Source: Candidatus Omnitrophota bacterium
GTDB lineage: Bacteria; Omnitrophota; Gorgyraeia; Gygaellales; Profunditerraquicolaceae
Length of the DNA: 64,000 nucleotides
Reading direction: 5' to 3'
Assembly: GCA_026387335.1 (NCBI GenBank)
Contig: JAPLLX010000001.1
Span: 234,620-298,619, forward strand
Made by a program: the position numbers and the translations under genes. Below the pieces are notes generated by a model. It was not told where the DNA came from. It saw nothing but the letters and a program-made list of their open reading frames with translations, and made no database searches. Below are positions 46,881 through 55,698 of this stretch, in pieces (the first letter of the stretch is position 1; each line of letters starts with the position of its first letter).

Positions 46881-47916
46881 AATAGACGATTTGGATAAAA
46901 GCATCATTTGGCTTCTGAATATGCGGGCTAAAGTTACTCTGGATATAGCCAGGGTAAAAAATAAAAATGGCAAGAGCATATATGTCCCGGAGCGCGAAAG
47001 AGAAGTCTTAAGAAAGATAGCCTCATTAAGTAAAGGGCCTTTAGGCAGGCGGGCGCTTGAGGCTATATACCGGGAGGTCATGTCTTCTTCACTAGCATTG
47101 GAAAAACCGCTAAAAATAGCTTATATGGGCCCGGAGGCATCTTTCAGTAACCTGGCCGCCTTAAAAAGATTCGGTTCACAGGTAAGTTTTGTCGCCTGTT
47201 CAGGCATCTCCGATGTTTTCTCGGAAGTGGAAAGAGACGCCAGTGATTATGGAGTTGTACCCGTTGAGAATTCTATTGAGGGAGCGGTTACGCACACCTT
47301 GGATTTATTGGTAGATTCGGACTTAAAGATATGCTCGCAGATTATTTTAGATGTCGCGCATAACTTACTGGCTAATTGCCCTAAAGATAAAATTAAACGG
47401 GTTTATTCCAATCCGCAGGTCCTCGGTCAATGCCGTATATGGCTGCAGGAAAATCTGCCTAATACCGAACTAATTGAAGTCTCCAGTACCACGCGGGCAG
47501 CTCAAATTTCGGCAAAAGAAAAAAACAGCGCCTGCATAGCTTCATTATTAGCCGGGAAAGTTTATAAGCTAAAGGTGGTTGAGCGTGATATTGAAGACTC
47601 CGCGCATAACATTACGCGTTTTTTTGTTATAGGTAAAACTGAAGCCGGAAAGACCGGTTATGATAAAACCTCTATCCTTTTCTCGATCAAAGATAAAGTA
47701 GGGGCGCTCCACGATATGCTTATGCCTTTTAAGAAATATAAGATAAATCTGACTAAGATCGAGTCCCGGCCATCCAAGAAAAAGGCCTGGGATTATTATT
47801 TCTTCATGGATTTAGAGGGGCATAAACAAGATTTAAAAATTCAGAGGGCGCTTACAGAGTTAGAGAGTAAATGCAAGTTTTTAAAAATACTGGGTTCCTA
47901 CCCTGTTGGAGAATAG
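46855..47916 (+). CDS. pheA: Bifunctional chorismate mutase / prephenate dehydratase (P-protein).
   Basis: N-terminal CM_2 helix (LRSKIDDLDKSIIWLLNMRAKV). PDT domain. C-terminal ACT. Confidence 0.88.
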   Translation: MNLKKLRSKIDDLDKSIIWLLNMRAKVTLDIARVKNKNGKSIYVPEREREVLRKIASLSKGPLGRRALEAIYREVMSSSLALEKPLKIAYMGPEASFSNLAALKRFGSQVSFVACSGISDVFSEVERDASDYGVVPVENSIEGAVTHTLDLLVDSDLKICSQIILDVAHNLLANCPKDKIKRVYSNPQVLGQCRIWLQENLPNTELIEVSSTTRAAQISAKEKNSACIASLLAGKVYKLKVVERDIEDSAHNITRFFVIGKTEAGKTGYDKTSILFSIKDKVGALHDMLMPFKKYKINLTKIESRPSKKKAWDYYFFMDLEGHKQDLKIQRALTELESKCKFLKILGSYPVGE

Positions 47917-49017
47917 ATGAAAGAATTAGTGCGTAAGAATATTTTAAACGTTAAACCCTACGTCGGGGGAAAACCTATTGAGGAGACTAAAAGGCAGTTA
48001 GGCCTAAAAGAGGTGATAAAATTAGCTTCTAATGAGAATCCTCTCGGTCCTTCGCCTAAAGCGCTAGAAGCTGTGCGCAAAGCTGCCTTGGGAATAAACC
48101 GTTATCCGGATTCTTCGGGATTTTATTTAAAAAGAAAATTGGCTAAAGCGTTAGGGGTAAGCGCGGCTAATATTGTTTTGGGGAACGGCTCTGATGAGTT
48201 GATCGATATAATCATCAAGACGTTTGTGGAAGACGACGAAAATATCGTAACTTCCGATTCAACTTTCTTAGAATATGGGATAATCGCTTCAGTCTATGGC
48301 CGCAAAATCACCAAGGTTCCCTTAAGATATTTTAAGTATGACCTGGAGTCCATAAAAAAGAAAATAGATAAGAAAACAAAGTTAGTATTTATCGCTAATC
48401 CGAATAACCCGACAGGTACATATGTCACTAAATACGAACTGCGGGATTTTATGTCCGGATTAGCCCAAAACACCTTATTAGTCATGGATGAGGCGTATGA
48501 CGCTTTTATCGATGTAAATGACTTTCCCAATACAGCGGAAAGTTTTAGGAATAAAAATATTATTATCCTAAAAACATTTTCCAAGTCTTATGGCTTAGCC
48601 GGACTGCGTTTAGGGTATGCTGTAGCTAATGAGGAACTAGCTGCCTTTATGGAACGAGCCAGGCAGCCTTTTAATATTAATTCACTGGCGCTAGCCGCAG
48701 GAGTAGCCGCTCTTGATGATAAAGAGTTTTTGCTTAAAACCCGTAAAGCGGTGCTCGAAGGTAAAGATTACCTTTACGATAATTTAAAAAAAATAGGCGT
48801 AAGCTATGTGCCAAGTATCACCAATTTCATACTTGTTGATGCCGGCCAAGACTCAGTAGGATTATTTAATAAAATGTTAAAGTTTGGCGTTATCGTACGG
48901 GATATGCAACAGTATGGATTAAATAATTTTATCCGCGTAACCATAGGAACGCGAAAAGAAAATGAAAGATTTATAAAAGTGCTGACTAAAATACTCAGAG
49001 GGAAGGAGAAACCATGA
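47917..49017 (+). CDS. hisC: Histidinol-phosphate / aromatic aminotransferase (class II PLP).
   Basis: [16 protein letters not shown]-Lys region [14 protein letters not shown]. Confidence 0.85.
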   Translation: MKELVRKNILNVKPYVGGKPIEETKRQLGLKEVIKLASNENPLGPSPKALEAVRKAALGINRYPDSSGFYLKRKLAKALGVSAANIVLGNGSDELIDIIIKTFVEDDENIVTSDSTFLEYGIIASVYGRKITKVPLRYFKYDLESIKKKIDKKTKLVFIANPNNPTGTYVTKYELRDFMSGLAQNTLLVMDEAYDAFIDVNDFPNTAESFRNKNIIILKTFSKSYGLAGLRLGYAVANEELAAFMERARQPFNINSLALAAGVAALDDKEFLLKTRKAVLEGKDYLYDNLKKIGVSYVPSITNFILVDAGQDSVGLFNKMLKFGVIVRDMQQYGLNNFIRVTIGTRKENERFIKVLTKILRGKEKP

Positions 49018-50030
49018 TTATTGTTTTAAGGCCGGAGGCAACAGAAGCCCAAGTTAACCATATAATTGAAAAAGTCAAGAAGTTGGGGTTGACCCCGCAT
49101 GTATCCAAAGGGACAGAGCGCACGATTATCGGGATTATCGGGCCGGAAGATGTTTTACGGGTTACTCCTTTGGAGGTTTTTCCGGGTGTAGAAAGGGTCA
49201 TGCCGGTTTTGGCCCCTTATAAACTTGTCTCCCGCGAATTTAAACGCGAAGATTCAATTATTGACGTAGGCAAGGGCGTTAAGATCGGCGGCGATAAGAT
49301 AGCCATCATGGCCGGACCTTGCGCGATAGAAAACATAAACACGTTGCGTTTAATTGCCGGTGAAGTTAAAAAGGCGGGCGCAACGGTTTTACGGGGAGGG
49401 GCATTTAAGCCCCGCACTTCGCCGTACAGTTTTCAAGGACTAGGAGAAGAAGGGCTTAAGATATTAAAACAGGTCGGCGACGAATTGAACCTGGTGACTA
49501 TAAGTGAGGTAATGGATACCCGCGACGTGGAATTAGTTACGCGTTACGTTGATGTGCTTCAGATCGGCGCGCGGAATATGCAGAATTTTAATCTTTTAAA
49601 AGAAGTAGGCCTGACTAAAAAACCGGTATTGTTAAAAAGAGGGCTATCCTCAACGGTAAAAGAGATGCTCATGTCGGCGGAATATATCCTCTCCGGAGGA
49701 AATTTTAACGTAATACTTTGCGAGCGGGGGATAAGGACTTTTGAAGATTCCACGCGCAATACCCTGGATATAAGCGCGGTTCCCGTAGTCAAGCAGCTTT
49801 CACATCTGCCTATAATAGTTGACCCTTCGCATGCGGCCGGGAAATGGGGATTAGTCGGCCCGTTAGCCAAGGCTGCGGTCGCTATTGGTTGTGATGGCTT
49901 GATTATTGAGGTGCATACAAGTCCGGAAGATGCGATGTCGGATGGCGCGCAGTCATTAATACCTTTGAATTTCGCCAGCTTAATGTTGGAATTAAAGAAG
50001 ATTGCTAAGTCAATAGGAAGAGAAATATAA
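49014..50030 (+). CDS. aroF: 3-deoxy-7-phosphoheptulonate (DAHP) synthase, class I-beta with N-terminal regulatory domain.
   Basis: KDO8P/DAHP synthase blocks ([31 protein letters not shown]). Confidence 0.85.
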   Translation: MIIVLRPEATEAQVNHIIEKVKKLGLTPHVSKGTERTIIGIIGPEDVLRVTPLEVFPGVERVMPVLAPYKLVSREFKREDSIIDVGKGVKIGGDKIAIMAGPCAIENINTLRLIAGEVKKAGATVLRGGAFKPRTSPYSFQGLGEEGLKILKQVGDELNLVTISEVMDTRDVELVTRYVDVLQIGARNMQNFNLLKEVGLTKKPVLLKRGLSSTVKEMLMSAEYILSGGNFNVILCERGIRTFEDSTRNTLDISAVPVVKQLSHLPIIVDPSHAAGKWGLVGPLAKAAVAIGCDGLIIEVHTSPEDAMSDGAQSLIPLNFASLMLELKKIAKSIGREI

Positions 50031-50860
50031 TGCGTTTATTTAACAAGGTTGCTATCATCGGAACAGGATTAATCGGCGGGTCTTTGGCCCTGGTAATAAA
50101 AAAGAACGGGCTGGCCCGGGAAGTTGTCGGAGTAGCCCGGCACAAAGTGAGTTTGGATTTAGCCTTAAAAATGAAGGCGATAGACAGGGGTTCTCTTTCG
50201 CTGGGTATTATTAAAGGAGCGGATTTAATAATCTTGGCTACTCCTATTGATTTAATCATTTCTCAGAGAAACCGGCTACTTAAAATCGTAAGCAACGATT
50301 GCATAGTTACCGATGTAGGAAGCACTAAAGGAAAAATAGTCTCTTTTTTAGAGAAAGATTTTAAGAATTATATTGGGAGCCATCCTTTGGCCGGCTCGGA
50401 AAAACGGGGGATTAAAAACGCCCGGCGGGATATTTTTAAGGAATCGGTGTGTATTTTAACCCCTACCAAGAGAACGCGAAAGTTAGCCCTGGAAAAAATA
50501 AAGAGACTCTGGCTTACCGCCGGGGCAAGAGTCATTTTACTTTCCCCGGAAGCACACGATAACGCTCTTTCTTTTACCAGCCACCTGGCGCATATAGTCG
50601 CTTTTTCGCTTATCAACAGTATTCCTTCTAGTCTCTTAAAATTATCCTCTGGCGGTTTAAGGGATACAACGCGAATAGCTTCTTCTTCTCCTGAGCTTTG
50701 GCCGAGTATTTTCCTGACTAACGCTAAGAATACGCTGAAAGCAGTGGCTGTTTTTGAGAAAAATTTAAATAAAATAAAAATCGCGATCAGAAATAACGAC
50801 AAAAAGTCACTTACGGATATTTTAAGGCAGGCCCAAAAGAAAAGAACTCTTATAGAATGA
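50030..50860 (+). CDS. tyrA: Prephenate/arogenate dehydrogenase.
   Basis: VAIIGTGLIGGSLA Rossmann motif. HPLAGSE catalytic His region. Confidence 0.85.
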   Translation: MRLFNKVAIIGTGLIGGSLALVIKKNGLAREVVGVARHKVSLDLALKMKAIDRGSLSLGIIKGADLIILATPIDLIISQRNRLLKIVSNDCIVTDVGSTKGKIVSFLEKDFKNYIGSHPLAGSEKRGIKNARRDIFKESVCILTPTKRTRKLALEKIKRLWLTAGARVILLSPEAHDNALSFTSHLAHIVAFSLINSIPSSLLKLSSGGLRDTTRIASSSPELWPSIFLTNAKNTLKAVAVFEKNLNKIKIAIRNNDKKSLTDILRQAQKKRTLIE

Positions 50861-51513
50861 TTATCGCTATAGATGGACCGGCGGGCGCAGGCAAAAGCAC
50901 GGCCGCTAAATTACTCGCTAAAAAATTAAAGTTTTTATATATTGATACGGGTGCTATGTACCGGGCTCTCACCTTAAAAGTTTTAGATAAAGACATAGCT
51001 ATAAACGATGCCCAATCCATAACCGAACTTGCCCTATCTAGTAGTATTGATTTAATAAATAACCCTGATGGTTCATTAAAGGTATTCTTGGATGGAAGGG
51101 ATGTAAGCGCGGATATCCGCCAACCGCGGATAACCCAGTTTGTATCCGAAATAGCTAAAATCAAAGAGGTCCGCAGCGTTATGGTCAACCTGCAAAGAAA
51201 GCTCGGGGAACAGGGAGATGCCGTGCTGGATGGCCGCGATATCGGGACAGTTGTTTTTCCGGACGCCAAAATTAAATTCTATATTGACGCGGATTTTAAA
51301 GAGCGGGTCAACCGAAGACATAAAGAATCTTTGGAGCTTAGACAAAACATAACTTTTGAAGACGTATCCTTGGATTTATCCAACCGGGATAATATAGATT
51401 CCAACCGCAAAGTTGCTCCGTTAAAGAAAGCCGATGACGCTATTTACGTGGACACAACCAATCTCAACATTAAGGAAGTAGTGAATAAACTGCTGAGTTT
51501 TATCAATGGATAA
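50857..51513 (+). CDS. cmk: Cytidylate kinase.
   Basis: IIAIDGPAGAGKST ... YIDTGAMYRA. Confidence 0.92.
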   Translation: MIIAIDGPAGAGKSTAAKLLAKKLKFLYIDTGAMYRALTLKVLDKDIAINDAQSITELALSSSIDLINNPDGSLKVFLDGRDVSADIRQPRITQFVSEIAKIKEVRSVMVNLQRKLGEQGDAVLDGRDIGTVVFPDAKIKFYIDADFKERVNRRHKESLELRQNITFEDVSLDLSNRDNIDSNRKVAPLKKADDAIYVDTTNLNIKEVVNKLLSFING

Positions 51514-53302
51514 GTCGTTAATCCGCAATTTCAGTATTATCGCCCATATAGACCACGGTAAATCTACCCTTGCCGACCGCATCCTGGAGCTGACCGGAGC
51601 CGTGGACAAACGGCATAAAGGAAGCCAGCTTCTTGATGATATGGACTTAGAGCGCGAACGCGGAATTACCATCAAGGCCTCTATGGTCAGGCTAGCCTAT
51701 AAATCCCGCGACGGGAAGGAATATGTTTTAAACTTAATCGATACTCCCGGGCACGTAGATTTTACTTATGAAGTCTCTAAGTCCCTGGCTGCCTGTGAGG
51801 GCGCGGTTTTAGTGGTGGATGCCGGCCAGGGAATAGAAGCCCAGACAGTAGCTAATTATTATCTGGCTATGGAGAATGACCTTGAAATTATACCCGTGCT
51901 GAATAAAATTGACCTTGTTTCTATAGATATTCCAAAAGCGCAAAAACAGATAACTACCGTTTTGGGCTTTAAAGAAGAGGATATAATTTTGGCTTCGGCC
52001 AAAGACGGAACAGGCGTAGAAGATATTTTAGAACGCATTATTCAGGTTATTCCCGCACCTAAAGGAGAAGAGTCTAAGGCCCTAAAAGCCCTTGTTTTTG
52101 ACTGCCGTTTTGACGCTTATAAAGGAGTTGTGGTTTTTGTCAGGATCGTCGATGGGGTAATTACCCCATCGACGCAGCTTAAAATGATGCACTCAGGGCA
52201 AGTCTATAAGATTGAAGAGTTAGGGGTATTTAAGAATTTAAAATATTTTGCGGTAGAAACTTTAACTTGCGGAGAAGTAGGTTATTTTACGGCAAATATA
52301 CGGGAGCCCAGGGATATAATTATTGGTGATACGATAACGGATGTGAAAAACCCCTGTAAGGATGTTTTCCCCGGGTACCGCCAGCCTAAACCTCTTGTGT
52401 TTTGTGGAATTTACCCGGTTAATTCGGGAGATTTTACAGAGCTGCGGGATGCGATGGATAAATTAAAATTATCCGATGCCTCGTTTGTTTTTGAACCGGA
52501 AAATTCGCAATCTTTTGGTTCGGGTTTCCGTTGCGGATTCTTAGGACTTCTGCATATGGAGATCGTCCAGGAGCGGCTAGAGAGAGAATATAATTTAAAT
52601 TTAATCCTCACTGTGCCCAATGTTGTTTACCGGGTGGTTATGAACAACGGCGAAGAGATAGAAGTGGATACTCCCGCGAAATTACCTGCGGTGCAGGATA
52701 TACGGGAAGCGTTTGAACCCTACGCCAGTCTCTTAATGATTATTCCGGTGGATACGATTGAACTGGTTTGTGATTTTACCAAATCCCGGCGCGGGGTTTT
52801 TCAATCCAACGAATATTTAAGTGAAGACCGGGTAAAACTTACTTTTAGCATTCCTCTTTCGGATATTATTGTGGATTTTTATGACCGGATAAAATCGTTA
52901 ACTAGGGGTTACGGCTCTTTGGACTACGAGTTTAAAGAGTACTTACCTACGAAATTGGTAAAGCTGGATATACTTTTAAACGGCCAGATTTGCGATGCCT
53001 TTTCTTCTTTAATGTGTAAAGATAAGGCCTATTCCCGCGCGCACGCCTTAGTCTCTAAGCTTAAAGAACTTATCCCGCGGCAATTATTTGAAGTTTCCCT
53101 GCAGGCGGCGATCGGTAGCCAAATCCTGGCGTCAGATAAAATACGTTGCGTCGGTAAACATGTCACGGCCAAATGCTACGGCGGTGACATCACCCGTAAA
53201 CGGAAACTTTGGGAAGAACAAAAAAAAGGAAAGAAACGCCTTAAGCAATTCGGAAAAGTTGAAATTCCGCAAGAGGCATTTTTGGAGGTATTAAAAATAT
53301 AA
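51506..53302 (+). CDS. lepA: Elongation factor 4 (LepA).
   Basis: IRNFSIIAHIDHGKST. DTPGHVDF. NKID. LepA C-terminal domain. Confidence 0.95.
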   Translation: MDKSLIRNFSIIAHIDHGKSTLADRILELTGAVDKRHKGSQLLDDMDLERERGITIKASMVRLAYKSRDGKEYVLNLIDTPGHVDFTYEVSKSLAACEGAVLVVDAGQGIEAQTVANYYLAMENDLEIIPVLNKIDLVSIDIPKAQKQITTVLGFKEEDIILASAKDGTGVEDILERIIQVIPAPKGEESKALKALVFDCRFDAYKGVVVFVRIVDGVITPSTQLKMMHSGQVYKIEELGVFKNLKYFAVETLTCGEVGYFTANIREPRDIIIGDTITDVKNPCKDVFPGYRQPKPLVFCGIYPVNSGDFTELRDAMDKLKLSDASFVFEPENSQSFGSGFRCGFLGLLHMEIVQERLEREYNLNLILTVPNVVYRVVMNNGEEIEVDTPAKLPAVQDIREAFEPYASLLMIIPVDTIELVCDFTKSRRGVFQSNEYLSEDRVKLTFSIPLSDIIVDFYDRIKSLTRGYGSLDYEFKEYLPTKLVKLDILLNGQICDAFSSLMCKDKAYSRAHALVSKLKELIPRQLFEVSLQAAIGSQILASDKIRCVGKHVTAKCYGGDITRKRKLWEEQKKGKKRLKQFGKVEIPQEAFLEVLKI

Positions 53303-53877
53303 TGGCTAAGAAGAAATCCGCGTTGCGGGAATGGATAGAAGCGGCTATTTTTGCCGCTTTTCTGGCATTTTGCATAATCCGGCCTTTTATTGTGCAGGCA
53401 TTTAAGATCCCTACCGGTTCAATGCGGCCTACGCTCCTGGAGGGCGATCTGATCTTGGTCAATAAATTTATTTACGGAGCAAAGATCCCGTTTACCAGTT
53501 TCCGGCTTCCTGCGGTTAAAGAGATCAAAAGGGGGGATGTCATTGTTTTTATCTACCCGGAAGATAAAAAGAAGGACTTTATTAAAAGGATGGTCGGTTT
53601 ACCCGGAGATGTTGTGGAAATCAAAAGTGGGACTATTTATATTAATGATAACCCGTTATTAGACCCGGTTTTTAACCAGCGTTACTATTACAACCGGGGA
53701 GATTTTACCAATGAAGGCCAGAAATTAATTGTGCCGGCGAACAGTTATTTTGTTCTGGGGGATAATTCCGGGTCTTCCAAAGATAGCCGTTATTGGGGTT
53801 TTGTGCCGAAAGATAACATCCTAGGAGAGGCGATGGTCATATATTGGCCGCCGCAGCGCATAAGAATAATCAAATGA
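53302..53877 (+). CDS. lepB: Signal peptidase I.
   Basis: IPTGSMRPTL (catalytic Ser). GDNSGSSKDSRYWG (box E). Confidence 0.9.
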   Translation: MAKKKSALREWIEAAIFAAFLAFCIIRPFIVQAFKIPTGSMRPTLLEGDLILVNKFIYGAKIPFTSFRLPAVKEIKRGDVIVFIYPEDKKKDFIKRMVGLPGDVVEIKSGTIYINDNPLLDPVFNQRYYYNRGDFTNEGQKLIVPANSYFVLGDNSGSSKDSRYWGFVPKDNILGEAMVIYWPPQRIRIIK

Positions 53878-54437
53878 ATATAGCGAATAAGATTTCTACT
53901 TTTCGGATTTTAAGCGTACCGTTTTTTATTGCCAGTATCATTTATTATTCCCCCCAGAGAAGTTATTTGAGGTGGATAGCCTTGGGGATTTTTATTCTGG
54001 CAGCATTATCCGACGCAGCCGACGGCTATATAGCTAGAAAATCCAAGCTACAATCAAAGGCCGGCCTGATATTAGACCCCTTGGGAGATAAATTACTGTT
54101 GATGAGCGCTTTTATCTGCCTGTGCGCTAACTCTAATCTTGAACCGAGGTTCCCGTTATGGGTGATCCTTATTGTGATCAGCCGGGATGTAATTATAATT
54201 TTAGGCGCGGTTGCGGTTTATGTGGTAAAACAAAATATTAATATAATACCTACGCGCTGGGGAAAATTTTCTACCGCTTTTCAGATGCTGGCGGTAATCT
54301 CGGTCTTATTGCAATCACGGTTTTCACCGTTATTCTGGTGGCTGGCAGCTATTTTTACGGTAATTTCGGGGGTAGTTTACATCAACAGGGGATTTGTCTT
54401 ACTCTATGCTTTGGATAATTCTCGGAATAATCATTAG
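53844..54437 (+). CDS. pgsA: CDP-diacylglycerol--glycerol-3-phosphate 3-phosphatidyltransferase (CDP-alcohol phosphatidyltransferase).
   Basis: DAADGYIARK ... GLILDPLGDKLL, the CDP-OH transferase motif D-G-x2-AR-x8-G-x3-D-x3-D. Confidence 0.88.
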   Translation: MAAAAHKNNQMNIANKISTFRILSVPFFIASIIYYSPQRSYLRWIALGIFILAALSDAADGYIARKSKLQSKAGLILDPLGDKLLLMSAFICLCANSNLEPRFPLWVILIVISRDVIIILGAVAVYVVKQNINIIPTRWGKFSTAFQMLAVISVLLQSRFSPLFWWLAAIFTVISGVVYINRGFVLLYALDNSRNNH

Positions 54438-55035
54438 TTATCTGGTCGGTTCAATACCCACGGCTTATATATTCGGCCGGTTAATTAAAGGCGTGGATAT
54501 ACGTAAATTCGGCTCAGGCAATGTAGGGGCTACTAACGCGCTCAGGCTTTTAGGTAAAGGATGGGGAGTAACCGTATTAGTTTTGGATATTCTTAAAGGA
54601 GCCCTGCCTGTAATAATACTGGCGGAACTTTTTGGCGCAAAGACTCACCTTACGCTGGATACCTTCTGTATCCTTATCGGCCTAAGCTGCATATGCGGGC
54701 ATAATTGGACTATTTTTCTAAAATTTAAAGGCGGTAAGGGAGTAGCTACCACCTTAGGAGTGCTCATCGGGCTTTCGGCTAAAATTGCCGGTTTAAAGGT
54801 CATATTAGGTTTAACTATATTTATTTGGTTAGCTACTTTTATTTTGAGCAGAATAATCTCCCTGGCTTCCGTAATGGCCGCCTTAAGTTTTCCTTTGCTC
54901 ACGTTATTATTCAGGCCATCTTTCCCGATAATCCTGATAGGCTTGCTGCTTTCAGTATTTATAATTCTGCGTCATAAATCCAACATCAAAAGGATCCTCG
55001 AAGGGCAAGAGCCTAAACTAAACTTTAAGAAATAG
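54394..55035 (+). CDS. plsY: Glycerol-3-phosphate acyltransferase PlsY.
   Basis: GSGNVGATNALR motif. Five TM helices. Confidence 0.9.
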   Translation: MSYSMLWIILGIIISYLVGSIPTAYIFGRLIKGVDIRKFGSGNVGATNALRLLGKGWGVTVLVLDILKGALPVIILAELFGAKTHLTLDTFCILIGLSCICGHNWTIFLKFKGGKGVATTLGVLIGLSAKIAGLKVILGLTIFIWLATFILSRIISLASVMAALSFPLLTLLFRPSFPIILIGLLLSVFIILRHKSNIKRILEGQEPKLNFKK

Positions 55036-55096
55036 ACGAGAAGAAACCGCTTTCATTCTAAGCCGGAATAGGCTTGAAAGCTTATCTAGCGGAGTT

Positions 55097-55130
55097 TATA
55101 CTCTCCTTGAAGCTTGAGAGTATTTTTTTT
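55097..55130 (+). terminator. Rho-independent terminator ending the long operon.
   Basis: Stem TATACTCTC / GAGAGTAT with loop CTTGAAGCTT, followed by T8. Confidence 0.8.
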
Positions 55131-55260
55131 GCCTGATTTTTAAGAGGTTTATTAAAGTTTTTATTCCCCACCAGCCAAAAGAAGGAAGGGGATAGCCGGG
55201 TTATCTTAAAAAAGGATAAAACTAGGATAGCCCGGCGTAGATACATAAAGCGAGGCTAAC

Positions 55261-55593
55261 ATGCGCGATCTATTGTTTAAAAACCTGGTCTCTGATGACC
55301 ACAGGAGAAAGATAATCGCCAGCTGTGAAGTTATGGACAAGCAGGGAGTGCGCAGCACTATCCGCCGCCATTTTATTTGTATGATCAAGGAAATAAAGGA
55401 CGAAAACAATATCGAAAAACCTTTGCCGTATCTGTATATTCTTAAAGAACACAATACCAAAGAGCAGAAGGAAAAGTTTTTCTGTAAGATTAAGGGTAGC
55501 GTCTGCGCGATAAGTAATGGCAAGTTATTTTTAATTGTCTTTATGCATTCGCTTAAGATTGACCTTATAGCCAGAGCAGAACAAGTCGTTTAG
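55261..55593 (+). CDS. Hypothetical small protein (110 aa), no recognisable domain.
   Basis: ORF in an AT-rich gap of about 660 bp. A competing antisense ORF lies at 55206-55523. Coding status uncertain. Confidence 0.3.
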   Translation: MRDLLFKNLVSDDHRRKIIASCEVMDKQGVRSTIRRHFICMIKEIKDENNIEKPLPYLYILKEHNTKEQKEKFFCKIKGSVCAISNGKLFLIVFMHSLKIDLIARAEQVV

Positions 55594-55660
55594 CTCTAAC
55601 GCTAGTATTATGAGTATGTTATAGCTACAATCTAACTATATCAATCCCCTAAAAATTTCG

Positions 55661-55688
55661 TTGACAAGGCCTAAAACTCATATATAAT
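55661..55688 (+). promoter_or_regulatory. Strong sigma70-like promoter (TTGACA-16-TATAAT).
   Basis: -35 at 55661-55666 and -10 at 55683-55688. Only about 10 nt before the ATG at 55699, so the mRNA would be nearly leaderless. Confidence 0.5.
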
Positions 55689-55698
55689 AAAAATAATT

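Noticed and set aside
50368-51269. Minus-strand ORFs of 144 and 139 aa over tyrA/cmk.
   Set aside because: Antisense to confident housekeeping genes. No motifs.
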